Origin: an uncultured Flavobacteriales bacterium
GTDB taxonomy: Bacteria; Bacteroidota; Bacteroidia; Palsa-965
Reading direction: 5' to 3'
Assembly: GCA_903873905.1 (NCBI GenBank)
Contig: CAIQQJ010000057.1
Coordinates: forward strand, 8,058 to 72,057
DNA: 64,000 nt
Shown here: positions 19,251-30,369 of the stretch, piece by piece
Position numbering within the stretch: the first letter of the stretch is position 1
Layout of the letters: every line of letters begins with the position of its first letter
Made by a program: the position numbers and the translations under genes
Notes under the pieces: generated by a model
What the model was told of the DNA's origin: nothing
Database searches by the model: none
The model's input: the letters and a program-made list of their open reading frames with translations, nothing else

Positions 19251-20261
19251 ATGAAAACAGACATTTTTCATAGCAAAAAGCCTTTTGCGACTGAATCTGG
19301 AATAACCCTTTCAGGTTTAGACTTGTCGTATTGTACTTCGGGAACCTTCATTGCAGGGAAAAGTAAAGTGGTTTGGGTTTGTCACGCCCTTACTGCAAGT
19401 GCCGATTGTGTGGATTGGTGGCCCGATTTGATTGGTGTTGGACAAGCAATTGATCCAGAAGAATATTTTATTGTTTGCATGAATATTCCTTCGTCGTGCT
19501 ATGGATCTTCGGGACCGATGAGTATTAATCCCGAAAACAATTCACCTTATTTCGGCGAATTTCCGGTTTTTACAATTCGTGATATCGTGCATGCAACAAT
19601 TTTATTGCGTGAACATTTGGGAATTGAAAAAATTCATTTGTTGATTGGTGGATCGATGGGCGGTTATCAATGTGTGGAGTGGGGCATCATGGAAAGTGAT
19701 CGAATTGAAAATCTTGCATTGGTTGCGACGGCTGCGCGTGAGAGCGCTTGGGGAATTGCAATTCATACCGCGCAGCGATTGGCCATTGAAACGGATCCCA
19801 CCTATGGAGAAAAAAATGCGAATGCTGGTGCGAAAGGATTAAAAACGGCACGCGCAATTGGAATGTTGACTTACAGAAATTATCAGGCATTTGTAAATAC
19901 ACAAACAGATACGGATGATCGAATAGAAAATTTCCGTTCCGAATCTTACATTCATTATCAAGGTGAAAAATTGGTGAAGCGTTTTAATGCATATTCCTAT
20001 TTTCTATTGACAAAATCAATGGATTCTCACAACGTTGCGCGTGATCGCGGAAGAGTGGAAGATGTGTTGAAAAAAATAAAAGCAAAAACTATTTGCATCG
20101 GCATCAGCAGTGATAATCTCTGTCCTGTGAATGAGCAGAAATTTTTGGCAGAGCATATTCCCAATGCAAAATTTGTGGAAATCGATTCTCCGTTTGGTCA
20201 CGATGGTTTTTTGGTGGAAGGAGAAAAGATTGGTTCTCTTATCATAGACTTTCTCAAGTAG
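19251..20261 (+). CDS. metX: Homoserine O-acetyltransferase
   Basis: Alpha/beta-hydrolase nucleophile elbow GGSMGGYQCVEWG and the characteristic N-terminal LxYxTxG...VVWVCHALT region. 336 aa. Confidence 0.85.
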   Translation: MKTDIFHSKKPFATESGITLSGLDLSYCTSGTFIAGKSKVVWVCHALTASADCVDWWPDLIGVGQAIDPEEYFIVCMNIPSSCYGSSGPMSINPENNSPYFGEFPVFTIRDIVHATILLREHLGIEKIHLLIGGSMGGYQCVEWGIMESDRIENLALVATAARESAWGIAIHTAQRLAIETDPTYGEKNANAGAKGLKTARAIGMLTYRNYQAFVNTQTDTDDRIENFRSESYIHYQGEKLVKRFNAYSYFLLTKSMDSHNVARDRGRVEDVLKKIKAKTICIGISSDNLCPVNEQKFLAEHIPNAKFVEIDSPFGHDGFLVEGEKIGSLIIDFLK

Positions 20262-20370
20262 GATTTTGAATGTCGAATATCGATTGCAGAATATCGAATA
20301 GCGAAGGCTCTCCTAATTTTCACTTCGATTTTCTACATTGGATATTCAATAATGGATATTCAATTTTTCA

Positions 20371-20483
20371 GGGCGTGCTCCCAATTCCCCCAACAGAATT
20401 GTTGGGGTTGGGAGGATCGGGCTCCCGCTATTACTCCTCGTCCCAACATTTCTATTGGGAGGGTAACCGCTACTATCCCTCAC
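20371..20483. repeat. Palindromic intergenic repeat, family 1 copy B (extended; carries a second palindrome tcccaacatttctattggga)
   Basis: gggcgtgc...ccccaacagaattgttgggg (20387-20406)...actatccctcac (20472-20483). Same 5' and 3' flanks as copy A at 1893-1945, but with an extra ~60 nt of internal sequence. Confidence 0.5.
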
Positions 20484-20534
20484 GCAAAAGAATCATTTTT
20501 AATCTGCACATCTGAAATCTGCACATCATTTTCC

Positions 20535-21761
20535 TCACCAAATCATCTTCACTTTTTCGGTTCGAAAAATTGTGGAAGTGCCTAGTTTCCCAACTTCGTT
20601 ATTTTTTCCATCAGCACCAACAAAACCAGCTTCTCCACTTTGTTTGCTCAACATTCCATAGGCTCCTCTTCCGCCCCTTCCTGCGTATCCGCCAGCTCCT
20701 TTGTTGCCAGATTTTCCACCGCTGTTGTTGACGACAATTTTATTTTTCCATTCCACAGCAGAAGAATCAAGATGAATGATTGCTACGCCACCATTTCCAC
20801 CACGACCTGCATTTCCACCATTTCCGCCGAATCCACCATTTCCGCCATTACCACTTGGGTTTTTTGTGGAATCAACACGGAGATCAATGTTAGGAGCGTA
20901 GGGTCCGTTGAACAAAACATTTTGCTGATAAAATTCTATGTGCTGAGGGTAGGGCATTGGTTCAACATAAGAAGCGCCAGCACCATCTGTACCTTTTTCT
21001 CCATTGCCACCATTTCCGCCATCACCACCATTGCCACCGCTTACGTCAACAAGAAGTGAACCTACATCAGGATCAATCAAAAAAACAGAATGAAGATTAT
21101 TGCAATGATTGATTACGAGAACACTTATCATTCTTTTTTCAGAAACCATTTTTGCTTTTACGAAAACATCAGCGATACAACCATCTGCTCCCGTTTCTCC
21201 ATCCGTTCCGTTTTGTCCTTGATGGCCATCGTATGATTTCCAATTTTTTGTTGTGTCAAGTCCATGAAGTTCTTCACCTGAAAGGCCATTAAAACCACCA
21301 AGACCATTTTGGCCTTTGCAATTGACAATGAATTTTGTTTTGTAGGAAATAGGCAATTCAATTTCCTGTTTCAGTTCAGGATAAAAAAAAGGTGTGACGG
21401 AAATTTTCAGAAAATCTTTTGCTATTCGCGGATCAGTTGAAACAATTATTTCCCCACGATCAAAGGTTCCCCCTTCAACATGAACGGAATAACTGTTCCA
21501 ATTCACAAATCCATTACAAAGTCCACGTGTTTTTAATTCTTTATGGAAAGGCGTTTCAGCAATAACGCCAATGGAAAAACTTGTTCCTGGAAAAATTGTT
21601 AGACTGTCTGTGGTAATGATTTTGATTTTGCTTACTTCGTAATTGTGCAGCTGGTCGGAAGTAAAATCATTGTAAGGATTAATGTGATTGAAGTGAAATA
21701 TTTTGCACGCAGGAACAATGACAAGCACGAACACGAATAGAAAAAATGTTCTCGGTTTCAT
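20535..21761 (-). CDS. Secreted collagen-like (Gly-X-Y triple-helix repeat) protein
   Basis: Signal peptide MKPRTFFLFVFVLVIVPA. Three runs of perfect GXY triplets: GQNGTDGETGADG, GGNGGDGGNGGNGEKGTDGAGAS and GNGGNGGFGGNGGNAGRGGNGG. Confidence 0.6.
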   Translation of the reverse strand: MKPRTFFLFVFVLVIVPACKIFHFNHINPYNDFTSDQLHNYEVSKIKIITTDSLTIFPGTSFSIGVIAETPFHKELKTRGLCNGFVNWNSYSVHVEGGTFDRGEIIVSTDPRIAKDFLKISVTPFFYPELKQEIELPISYKTKFIVNCKGQNGLGGFNGLSGEELHGLDTTKNWKSYDGHQGQNGTDGETGADGCIADVFVKAKMVSEKRMISVLVINHCNNLHSVFLIDPDVGSLLVDVSGGNGGDGGNGGNGEKGTDGAGASYVEPMPYPQHIEFYQQNVLFNGPYAPNIDLRVDSTKNPSGNGGNGGFGGNGGNAGRGGNGGVAIIHLDSSAVEWKNKIVVNNSGGKSGNKGAGGYAGRGGRGAYGMLSKQSGEAGFVGADGKNNEVGKLGTSTIFRTEKVKMIW

Positions 21762-21870
21762 TTACAATAAATGTAGGAAACCTGTCGGCTAATAAAAAGC
21801 TTATTTGTCAGGTGGACGGCCTTTGGCAATAATTGGTCAAGATTTAGGATTTTGAAACAAGGAAACAAGT

Positions 21871-24027
21871 TCACTTTATTATTACCCCTGCCAACAAAAC
21901 ATCATCCACCTGATCGAGCTCCCCTTTCCAATCATCAAAAGTTTTTTCAATACTGTTTTTTTGTTGAGCTAGATTCTTGCCGCTGATTGTCAATAAGGTT
22001 TCCTTGAGTTGACTGTATTTGAATTTTTTCCCACTTGCGCCACCAAACTGATCGGCAAATCCATCTGTGAACATATAGAATGCATCAAGGTCTTTCAGTG
22101 GAATGGTATGAACGGTGAAAGGTTTCAAGTGTCCCTGAAAAACACCAACAGGTTGACGATCGCCTTTTATTTCGTGCATTTCTCCATTTGTAATATAATA
22201 CAACGGGTTATTTGCGCCAGCAAATTTTAACACATTATTTTCTTCATCAATGCAACAGAGGGATATGTCCATTCCGTCTTTTACACCTTTCATGGAGAGC
22301 AAATTTCCTTCGGGCCTATCAAAGTTGGTTTGTTTAAGTGCAGCAACAACCACATTTGCCATTTGTGTAAGAATTTCTCCTGGATCAGTAATGTGTTTTT
22401 CCTTTACGACTTCATTCAGTGCGGTATTCCCAATCAATGACATGAATGCGCCAGGAACGCCATGGCCTGTGCAGTCTACCACTGCCACAATTTTTGTTTT
22501 TCCGCTTTTCCCAATCCACCAGAAATCCCCACTAACAATATCTCTAGGACGGAAAAACACAAATGAACCAGGAAAAAGTTCGCGCATTTCTTCTTGTGTT
22601 GGCAGAACGGCGAATTGAATTCGTTTTGCATAGTTGATACTGTCGAGCATATCGTGATGTTGCTCGTCAACAATTTTTTTCTGCAAGGCAATTTCATTTT
22701 TCTGTTTTTCAAGAATAACATTTGCTTGTTTTGATTTTGTTGCATTTCTATAAATGACAAAAACAAGAATCACCAACAACACCAGAGCAGATCCCATAAA
22801 CAGATTTCTTCTTTTCTGTTCATCTAGCGCAACAGCTTTCAGATTGTTTTCCTTGGCAAGTGATTCAAAGGCTTTCTGTCGTCTCTCCGTATCAAATTTT
22901 GTATTTAGCTCATTTACCTGTTCGCTGTTTTTTTCATTAAAAATGCTGTCATTGATTTCATAATATTGTTTGTAATAATCCAATGCCTTTTTATCATCAC
23001 CTAGTTTCTCATATGCTTTGGAAAGCGATAGGTAATCAGACTTCATCATATCGCGATAGTCAAGTTCACGTGCGAGAGCGAGACTTTTGTTTTCGTACAG
23101 AATAGCCTGATCAAATTTTCCGTCTTCAATGTATAAATCTCCAAGATTATTGCAGATTAATGCAATCCCATTCTTGTCTCCAATTTTCTCACGAATTTCC
23201 AAAGCGCGATTGTAATAATCAATTGCTTTCGGAATGTTATTTTGATAGTTATAAATATTTGCAAGGTTATTCAGACAAACAGCAATGCCACGAAGATTGT
23301 TGCTTTTTGAAAAAAGCGCCAATGACTTTTCATAATAGTCAATTGCTTTTATGGTGTCCGTTAAATCCAAATACGTATTTCCAATTCGGGCATATGAATT
23401 TGCAACACGAGATTCATTACCTGCCTTTTGATATAAACGCAAACCAGTTTCTTCATAACGTAAAGCATCTTTATAATTTTTCTGATCATTATAAATGACA
23501 CCAATATTCAAATAAGAATTTGCGGCTTCTTCTACATTTTTTTCTCCAATATTGGAAGTCAATGCTTGATTGTAGGAAATCAAGGCTTTGGGATAATCAC
23601 CTTTCTCTCGATAAATGAATCCCAATTTGTTCATTGCAAAAATCACATTATTACTGTCTCCAACTGCTCTTGCCAATTTTATGGATTTATGAAAAATATT
23701 CAAAGCCGTATCACTTTCTCCGGAGTAATAAAGTGCGTACGCAAGATTATTCATCGCTTCAGATTTTTCGAGATTGTTCTTTCTTTTTGTTGCAATCTCA
23801 AGTGCTTGTTTCGCGAAATAGATAGATGATTTATTATCAGTTGGAGAAAGCTTCACACTGATTTGATTGCAAATTCGAAACTTTGCTGTGTCCGATCCTG
23901 CGTTTTTGACAAGTGAAAGCAAGGAATCGTTTTGGGAAATGGCAAGACGAGGAATTGCCAATAATAAAAAAAAGAAAAAATAAAATATTGCAGAAAATGG
24001 AATACGATTTGAAAGATGGAAATTCAT
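21871..24027 (-). CDS. Membrane sensor: signal peptide, TPR repeats, TM, PP2C/SpoIIE-type phosphatase (paralog)
   Basis: Many TPR units (ALNIFHKSIKLARAVGDSNN..., AIDYYNRALEIREKIGDKNG...). TM segment LFMGSALVLLVILVFVIY. PP2C motifs INYAKRIQFA, VVDCTGHGVPGAFMS, FTDGFADQFGG and QVDDVLLAGVII. Confidence 0.8.
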   Translation of the reverse strand: MNFHLSNRIPFSAIFYFFFFLLLAIPRLAISQNDSLLSLVKNAGSDTAKFRICNQISVKLSPTDNKSSIYFAKQALEIATKRKNNLEKSEAMNNLAYALYYSGESDTALNIFHKSIKLARAVGDSNNVIFAMNKLGFIYREKGDYPKALISYNQALTSNIGEKNVEEAANSYLNIGVIYNDQKNYKDALRYEETGLRLYQKAGNESRVANSYARIGNTYLDLTDTIKAIDYYEKSLALFSKSNNLRGIAVCLNNLANIYNYQNNIPKAIDYYNRALEIREKIGDKNGIALICNNLGDLYIEDGKFDQAILYENKSLALARELDYRDMMKSDYLSLSKAYEKLGDDKKALDYYKQYYEINDSIFNEKNSEQVNELNTKFDTERRQKAFESLAKENNLKAVALDEQKRRNLFMGSALVLLVILVFVIYRNATKSKQANVILEKQKNEIALQKKIVDEQHHDMLDSINYAKRIQFAVLPTQEEMRELFPGSFVFFRPRDIVSGDFWWIGKSGKTKIVAVVDCTGHGVPGAFMSLIGNTALNEVVKEKHITDPGEILTQMANVVVAALKQTNFDRPEGNLLSMKGVKDGMDISLCCIDEENNVLKFAGANNPLYYITNGEMHEIKGDRQPVGVFQGHLKPFTVHTIPLKDLDAFYMFTDGFADQFGGASGKKFKYSQLKETLLTISGKNLAQQKNSIEKTFDDWKGELDQVDDVLLAGVIIK

Positions 24028-24173
24028 TGTAGGGAAATTCTATTCAGATTGTGAATGTACGAATTACCTTATGATGATTTATGCTTTTGCTCAAAAGGAT
24101 GTCGGTAGGTACAATGAAAAACCCCTCCATTTTTCAATGAAAGGATTTTTCAATTTTTATTTAAAAGAGTCAA

Positions 24174-26552
24174 TTAGCTGCCACACGCTTCACATGCATC
24201 CGGATTATCCAGTGAACAAGCTATTTCAGATAATCTTTGTTCTGTGGAAATGTTTTCTGTTTCCGCTTCAACATTCGGTTGGGTCAATGCGGCCTGATCA
24301 ACAGTAAACTTAATGGCGTCGGCTGCGGCTTTGGTTCGCAAGTAATACATTCCTGTTTTCAAACCTTTTTCCCAAGCATAAAAATGCATGGAAGTGAGTT
24401 TTGCGAAATTCGCGCTTGGCACAAAAAGATTAAGCGATTGTGATTGACAAATGAAAGCACCACGATCAGCAGCCATATCGATGAGCGCGCGTTGTGGGAT
24501 TTCCCAAACGGTACGATATAAATCTTTTATGTTCTGTGGAATTTCCGGAATATCCTGAACAGAACCATTCGCTCCGATGATTTTATTTTTCAGATTATCA
24601 TTCCACAAACCAAGCTTCACCAAATCTTTCAGCAAATGTTTGTTCACCACAACAAATTCTCCTGATAAAACTCGTCGTGTGTAAATGTTGGAAGTATACG
24701 GCTCGAAACATTCATTGTTGCCGAGAATTTGTGATGTTGAAGCGGTGGGCATTGGTGCAAGCAAAAGTGAATTGCGAACGCCATGTGTTTTTACTTCCTC
24801 TTTCAAAATATCCCATTCCCAACGTGAACTTGGAGTAACGTTCCACATATCAAATTGGAAAATTCCTTTTGACACAGGAGAACCTACAAACGTTTCATAT
24901 GGCCCATCTTTTTTTGCGAGATCTTTTGATGCTGTCATTGCAGCGTAATAAATTGTCTCGTGAATTTCTGCATTCAATTTTCTTGCCTCTTCACAATCAA
25001 ATGGAAGACGTAATAAAATAAAAACATCGGCCAACCCTTGAATTCCCAAACCAATTGGGCGATGCCGCATATTGGAACGACGGGCTTCTGGAACTGGATA
25101 ATAATTCCCGTCAATGATTTTGTTCAAATTCTTTGTGACGTGATAGGTAATGTCAAACAAACGCTGATGATCAAATGTTCCTTTGTCAACGAATCGTGGA
25201 AGTGCAAGTGATGCCAAATTACAAACCGCAATTTCATCAGGTGCCGTGTATTCAATAATTTCCGTGCAAAGGTTAGAGGATTTTATTGTTCCAAGATTTT
25301 GTTGGTTGCTTTTCTTGTTTGCAGCATCCTTAAATAACATGTAAGGATTTCCAGTTTCAATTTGTGACTCAAGAATTGCGAACCAAAGATCTTGCGCTTT
25401 AATTTGTTTGCGGAATTTTCCTTCTGCTTCGTATCGTGTGTAAAGTTTTTCAAATTCATCACCCCAACAATCGGCCAGTCCCGGTGCTTCATTCGGACAG
25501 AACAAAGACCAATCGCCATTTTCTTTCACACGTTTCATGAATAAGTCAGGAGTCCACATAGCAGTGAATAAATCACGTGCTCGCATTTCTTCTTTTCCAT
25601 TGTTCTTGCGCATGTCAAGAAATTCAAAAACATCTGCATGCCATGGTTCAAGATAAATTGCAAATGAACCTTTTCTTTTTCCACCACCTTGATCAACATA
25701 ACGGGCAGTGTCATTAAAAACGCGAAGCATTGGAATGATTCCATTCGACACTCCATTTGTTCCTTTGATGTACGAACCTGTTGCACGAATGTTATGAATG
25801 CTTAAGCCAATTCCGCCTGCGCTTTGAGAAATCTTTGCACAATTTTTCAAAGTATCATAAATGCCATCAATACTATCATCTTTCATTGTCAATAAAAAAC
25901 AAGAAGACATTTGTGGTTTTGGAGTTCCCGCATTGAAAAGTGTTGGCGTTGCATGTGTGAACCAACGTTCACTCATCAAATTGTAGGTTTCAATTGCAGA
26001 TTCAATATCTTCCTTATGAATTCCAACAGCAACGCGCATGATCATGTGTTGTGGACGCTCAGCAACTTTTCCGTGCAATTTCAAAAGATACGAACGCTCC
26101 AATGTTTTAAATCCAAAATAATCATAACCAAAATCGCGATCATAGATTATTGATGAGTCGAGAAGCTGTGCATTATTTTTTATTATTTCAAAAACATCAT
26201 CTGCAATGAGGGCCGCTTTCTGTCCAGTTTTTGGATCGAGATAGGTGTAAAGCATCTCCATTGTTTTGGAAAATGATTTCTCCGTATTCTTATGAAGATT
26301 TGAAACAGCAATGCGCGATGCGAGCAATGCATAATCAGGATGTGTTGTGGTAAGTGACGCGGCAGTTTCAGCGGCGAGATTGTCGAGTTCACTAGTTGTA
26401 ACACCAGGATAAATCCCTTGAATTACTTTCATTGCAACCTCAACAGGATTGACATGCACAGCATCGAGTGCATAACAGAGTTTTTGAATGCGTGCGGTGA
26501 TCTTGTCGAATTTTATGGATTCTTTACTTCCATCGCGTTTAATAACGTACAT
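24174..26552 (-). CDS. nrdA: Ribonucleoside-diphosphate reductase class Ia alpha subunit (with ATP-cone)
   Basis: ATP-cone N-terminus [22 protein letters not shown]. Catalytic region NLCTEI. C-terminal Cys pair ...CEACGS. 792 aa. Confidence 0.9.
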   Translation of the reverse strand: MYVIKRDGSKESIKFDKITARIQKLCYALDAVHVNPVEVAMKVIQGIYPGVTTSELDNLAAETAASLTTTHPDYALLASRIAVSNLHKNTEKSFSKTMEMLYTYLDPKTGQKAALIADDVFEIIKNNAQLLDSSIIYDRDFGYDYFGFKTLERSYLLKLHGKVAERPQHMIMRVAVGIHKEDIESAIETYNLMSERWFTHATPTLFNAGTPKPQMSSCFLLTMKDDSIDGIYDTLKNCAKISQSAGGIGLSIHNIRATGSYIKGTNGVSNGIIPMLRVFNDTARYVDQGGGKRKGSFAIYLEPWHADVFEFLDMRKNNGKEEMRARDLFTAMWTPDLFMKRVKENGDWSLFCPNEAPGLADCWGDEFEKLYTRYEAEGKFRKQIKAQDLWFAILESQIETGNPYMLFKDAANKKSNQQNLGTIKSSNLCTEIIEYTAPDEIAVCNLASLALPRFVDKGTFDHQRLFDITYHVTKNLNKIIDGNYYPVPEARRSNMRHRPIGLGIQGLADVFILLRLPFDCEEARKLNAEIHETIYYAAMTASKDLAKKDGPYETFVGSPVSKGIFQFDMWNVTPSSRWEWDILKEEVKTHGVRNSLLLAPMPTASTSQILGNNECFEPYTSNIYTRRVLSGEFVVVNKHLLKDLVKLGLWNDNLKNKIIGANGSVQDIPEIPQNIKDLYRTVWEIPQRALIDMAADRGAFICQSQSLNLFVPSANFAKLTSMHFYAWEKGLKTGMYYLRTKAAADAIKFTVDQAALTQPNVEAETENISTEQRLSEIACSLDNPDACEACGS

Positions 26553-26616
26553 AAGTGTTTTTTATAAAATATTTTTTGAAGACTAAATTATTTCTGGACA
26601 GATCGTTTTTGAGTTA

Positions 26617-27594
26617 CTAAAAATCCTCGTCGAGACTGAAAACATTTTTCGAACTATCTCCTGCAACACCTGCCTTCTGATATTCCGCAACACGCTTCTC
26701 AAAAAAGTTTGTTTTCCCCTGCAGCGAAATCATTTCCATGAAGTCGAATGGATTCGTTGCATTGTAAATTTTTCTGCATCCCAAGGAAAGCAACAAACGA
26801 TCAGCAACAAATTCAATATACTGACACATTAAATCTGCGTTCATTCCAATTAATTTTACGGGAATTGAATCTGTCACGAATTCTTTTTCAATTGAAACGG
26901 CATTTGAAATAATATCAATGACTTGTTGTTCGGGAAGTTTGTTGTTGAGGTATTTCGTGTACAGCAGACAGGCAAAATCGCAATGCAAACCTTCATCGCG
27001 AGAAATCAATTCATTAGAGAATGAAAGGCCAGGCATAAGTCCGCGTTTCTTCAACCAGAAAATGGAGCAGAATGAACCGGAAAAGAAAATTCCTTCGACT
27101 GCTGCAAAAGCAATCAATCGTTCTGCGAAAGTTCCATTTGCAATCCAGCGCATGGCCCAATCCGCTTTGTTTTTCACAGCAGGAACCGTATCAACAGCAT
27201 GGAACAAATGATCTTTCTCAACAGGATCTTTGATATAGGTATCGATCAACAACGAATACGTTTCGCTGTGAATATTTTCAATCATGATTTGATAACCATA
27301 GAAACAACGAGCCTCTGGAAATTGAACTTCGCGCATGAAATTGATGGCAAGATTTTCATTTACAATTCCATCACTCGCTGCAAAAAACGCAAGAACATTT
27401 TTGATGAAGAAACGTTCATCATCACTTAATTTATTTGCCCAATCAGAAAGGTCCGGTGACAAATCGATTTCTTCCGCTGTCCAGAAACTCGCTTCGGCCA
27501 TTTTATACATTTCCCAAATATCATTGTGCTGAATTGGGAAAAGCACAAAACGATCTTTATTCTCCTGGAGAATAGGTTCACTTGATTCGGTCAT
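26617..27594 (-). CDS. nrdB: Ribonucleoside-diphosphate reductase beta subunit (di-iron/tyrosyl radical)
   Basis: Ferritin-like motifs [23 protein letters not shown] and [14 protein letters not shown]-terminal acidic tail ...SLDEDF. 325 aa. Confidence 0.9.
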   Translation of the reverse strand: MTESSEPILQENKDRFVLFPIQHNDIWEMYKMAEASFWTAEEIDLSPDLSDWANKLSDDERFFIKNVLAFFAASDGIVNENLAINFMREVQFPEARCFYGYQIMIENIHSETYSLLIDTYIKDPVEKDHLFHAVDTVPAVKNKADWAMRWIANGTFAERLIAFAAVEGIFFSGSFCSIFWLKKRGLMPGLSFSNELISRDEGLHCDFACLLYTKYLNNKLPEQQVIDIISNAVSIEKEFVTDSIPVKLIGMNADLMCQYIEFVADRLLLSLGCRKIYNATNPFDFMEMISLQGKTNFFEKRVAEYQKAGVAGDSSKNVFSLDEDF

Positions 27595-28026
27595 AAAAAT
27601 TCTAGTCTTTGGCGGGTTAGTGGATGTACTTGACGGACACTTTTATATTGTTGGCGAAAAAAGCAGGCCTTGGCCTGCTCAATTATATTATTGAATGAAT
27701 TACGGTTGAGTTGTTATGAGAATATATTTGATGATTTTCTTCCAGGCAAATTTTTAGAAAATTGTGGTAACGACCAAAGAATTTCAATTAACAAAGACTC
27801 CGAGTTTTAAACACTGAAAAAAAAATCCTTTGTTGATAACGAATGGTAACCCATCAGTTCTTTAGGATTGATGCGACCTTGAACGTGAGCGAAAAGTAAA
27901 TGATAAAAAATGTTGTTTCAATTTGCTTTAATGAACATTACGACAGAATGAATCCCACCAACAGAAACTGATAATTGTCAATTACCAAAGTGTAGTTTTT
28001 TAGAATAAAAAGGAGACGTGAATTTC

Positions 28027-28617
28027 TTAAGACTTTTTCTTTTTTTCTTTTGTCTCAATAAACTTCGCAGCAGCGTCCAATTCTTTATACCACGCCGTTC
28101 CATATTTGCGAATCAGCGCGGTCTTTACAAATTTGTAAACGGGAACTTCCATTTTTTCTCCGCATGCACAAGCGGGTTTGCAAATGTCCCATGTTTCATA
28201 ATTCACCGCATCAAATTTTTTGTAAGCAGTGATTCTCACAGGATATAAATGACAAGAAACCGGTTTCTGAAATTTTATTTTTCCATCTTTCCAGGCTCTT
28301 TCAATTCCACAAAATGCAATTCCTTTTTCAAAAATGGTGTAAGCACATTCTTTATTTTCGTCCACCAATGGTGTTACTTTATCACCATCTGTATCGGTCA
28401 TCCATCGCCCTTGTTTTTCAATAGCTTCAATTCCTTTCGCCGTCATGTATGGTTTGACTTTCGGATAAATTTCATCCAGGATTTTTGTTTCATCATCTTC
28501 TAGAGGTGCACCAGAATCTCCATGAATGCAACAAGCACCTTTGCATGCGTTTAGATCGCATACAAATTGTTTTTCTACCAGATCATCTGATATGAGCGTT
28601 CTTCCAATTTCAATCAT
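28027..28617 (-). CDS. DUF3109-family Cys-rich protein (the ORF opens at 28689; the likely start is MIEIGRT at 28617)
   Basis: MIEIGRTLISDDLVEKQFVCDLNACKGACCIHGDSGAPL matches the conserved DUF3109 N-terminus and Cys cluster. Confidence 0.6.
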   Translation of the reverse strand: MIEIGRTLISDDLVEKQFVCDLNACKGACCIHGDSGAPLEDDETKILDEIYPKVKPYMTAKGIEAIEKQGRWMTDTDGDKVTPLVDENKECAYTIFEKGIAFCGIERAWKDGKIKFQKPVSCHLYPVRITAYKKFDAVNYETWDICKPACACGEKMEVPVYKFVKTALIRKYGTAWYKELDAAAKFIETKEKKKKS

Positions 28618-28829
28618 ACTGTAAAAGTAATTGGAATTTGGAATGTTTTTATGTTGGAACAGTTTTAGCCAATTGGTGTTGCAGAACAACCAATTTGTAA
28701 AGAAGGGACTAAAAAGAAAGGGGATAAATAATCGGCGGTATATGGAGATTCAGGCGAAATACCTGAATCTCCACATTGTTGTTCCACCGAGATGCTTGTC
28801 GCATCGACTCTACTACTTTATTAATAGAC

Positions 28830-30161
28830 TTATTTGGTAATCAAGATTGGAATACGTTTAACTCCAACCTCGGATGATAATTGTAAAATGTAAAGGCCTT
28901 CTTCGATTGCATCAGTTGAAATAGTTGTGATGTTTTTTCCTGCTGAAAAAGAAAGATCCTTATGATATACTATTTGACCCGTTAGGTTTATTAATTGTAG
29001 AGAATAACTTTCGTTATTTAGTGAGTTTAATTCTACAAAAAGCAATCCGCTACTTGGATTTGGATACACATTGAGTTCTGATGAAATATCTAAAGAATTC
29101 ACACCAACTGTGCTAATAATTGACACGGTGTTTGTTGTTGTGCAGGCATGTGCATCCGTAACAGTCACTGTGTAAGTTCCGGCAGCGAGTCCAACTGCAG
29201 TTTGTGTGGTCTGTCCTCCAGGATTCCAAACGTATGTATAAGGACTTGTTCCGCCCGCAGGTGTTGCTGTTGCTGTACCGTCAGGTGTCACGTTTGTTTG
29301 GTTAGTAGAACCCATTGTTGTTGATAGTACGGCTGCAGGTTGTGTAATTGCAACAGTTGCAGTTTGTGTGGCACTCACTCCATCTGTAACAGTTACAGTA
29401 TAACTACCTGCGCACAATCCTGTAGCAGTAGCAGTGGTTTGTGTAGGAGAAGAATTCCATGAATAAGTATAAGGAGGTGTGCCACCAGTTGCACTTACCG
29501 TAGCGGTTCCATTGCATACATTTCGGCAAGCAACATTTGTTGAATTTGAAATCGCAATTCCTAGTGGGCCTGGCTCACAAGCTGCTAATGAAGCTACATA
29601 AATATAATCTCCTGTTTCATCACCGGTGCCATTCGCTGCATTAAAGCATGCATAAAAAGTGCCGCATCCTGAACCTGCTATTGGGGCTGTCCAATTGAAT
29701 GTCCACGAAGCTGTATTGGGATTTATAATATGATTGTTTCCTCTGATATATTGCAATCCACCGGATGTTGTAACTATAGTTGAAGGAGTTGAAGTTAGGG
29801 TGCCAAACGATGTGCAATTGGATTTTTGTGGGCTAAGCTCGAAGTTGAAAAAATTTCGGCCAGTATAATTTATTGTTACAGTTATGCTGTATGTATTACC
29901 ACCAATATATCCACCAGCGGGAATATTACTTGTAATGGATGAAGAACCTATTCCAGAATTGACAACAAAATCACTATGACAGGAAGAGCAATCACTACCA
30001 TCGCAAGGCGATCCTGAATATCCTGTAGGAGGAGTAGGGTCGAAAAGCATTGACATAAAACTCATAAATGGGAGAGAAAATAAAACCAAAAGAATTATTT
30101 TCATTTTGTGAATCTTAGCGGAAAGGCTAAAACCGAGAATGTGTTTTTTAATTGTTTTCAT
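28830..30161 (-). CDS. T9SS cargo protein with SprB-type repeats and type-A C-terminal sorting domain
   Basis: Signal peptide. Repeats GTATVSATGGTPPYTYSWNSSPTQTTATATGLCAGSYTVTVTDGVSAT (GGTxPYTY = SprB repeat). CTD NVYPNPSSGLLFVEL...GLYILQLSSEVGVKRIPILITK. Confidence 0.7.
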   Translation of the reverse strand: MKTIKKHILGFSLSAKIHKMKIILLVLFSLPFMSFMSMLFDPTPPTGYSGSPCDGSDCSSCHSDFVVNSGIGSSSITSNIPAGGYIGGNTYSITVTINYTGRNFFNFELSPQKSNCTSFGTLTSTPSTIVTTSGGLQYIRGNNHIINPNTASWTFNWTAPIAGSGCGTFYACFNAANGTGDETGDYIYVASLAACEPGPLGIAISNSTNVACRNVCNGTATVSATGGTPPYTYSWNSSPTQTTATATGLCAGSYTVTVTDGVSATQTATVAITQPAAVLSTTMGSTNQTNVTPDGTATATPAGGTSPYTYVWNPGGQTTQTAVGLAAGTYTVTVTDAHACTTTNTVSIISTVGVNSLDISSELNVYPNPSSGLLFVELNSLNNESYSLQLINLTGQIVYHKDLSFSAGKNITTISTDAIEEGLYILQLSSEVGVKRIPILITK

Positions 30162-30318
30162 GATGTTTTTATTAAGAGATTTTCTTTGCAGTAAAGCTCA
30201 ACAAAAATGCTCTAAAAACATGTATTGACAAATGATTAAGAAAGGTTTATGGGTGGACAAATGACAAAAAAAAAACCGACAAAAGCCTGTTTTTAAAACA
30301 TGCGGCACTTTTGATAAC

Positions 30319-30356
30319 AAAGAAACCTTGCCAATTTTTTCAGCAAGGTTTCTTTT
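30319..30356 (-). terminator. Perfect 13-bp stem hairpin immediately downstream of the stop of 30370..31449 (minus strand)
   Basis: aaagaaaccttgc-caatttttt-cagcaaggtttcttt. Confidence 0.4.
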
Positions 30357-30369
30357 ATACTCTACGATT

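Noticed and set aside
20270-20585. ORFs 20270..20515 and 20352..20585 in the metX downstream spacer
   Set aside because: They are read through the family-1 palindromic repeat element and have no motifs. Better explained as non-coding repeat sequence.
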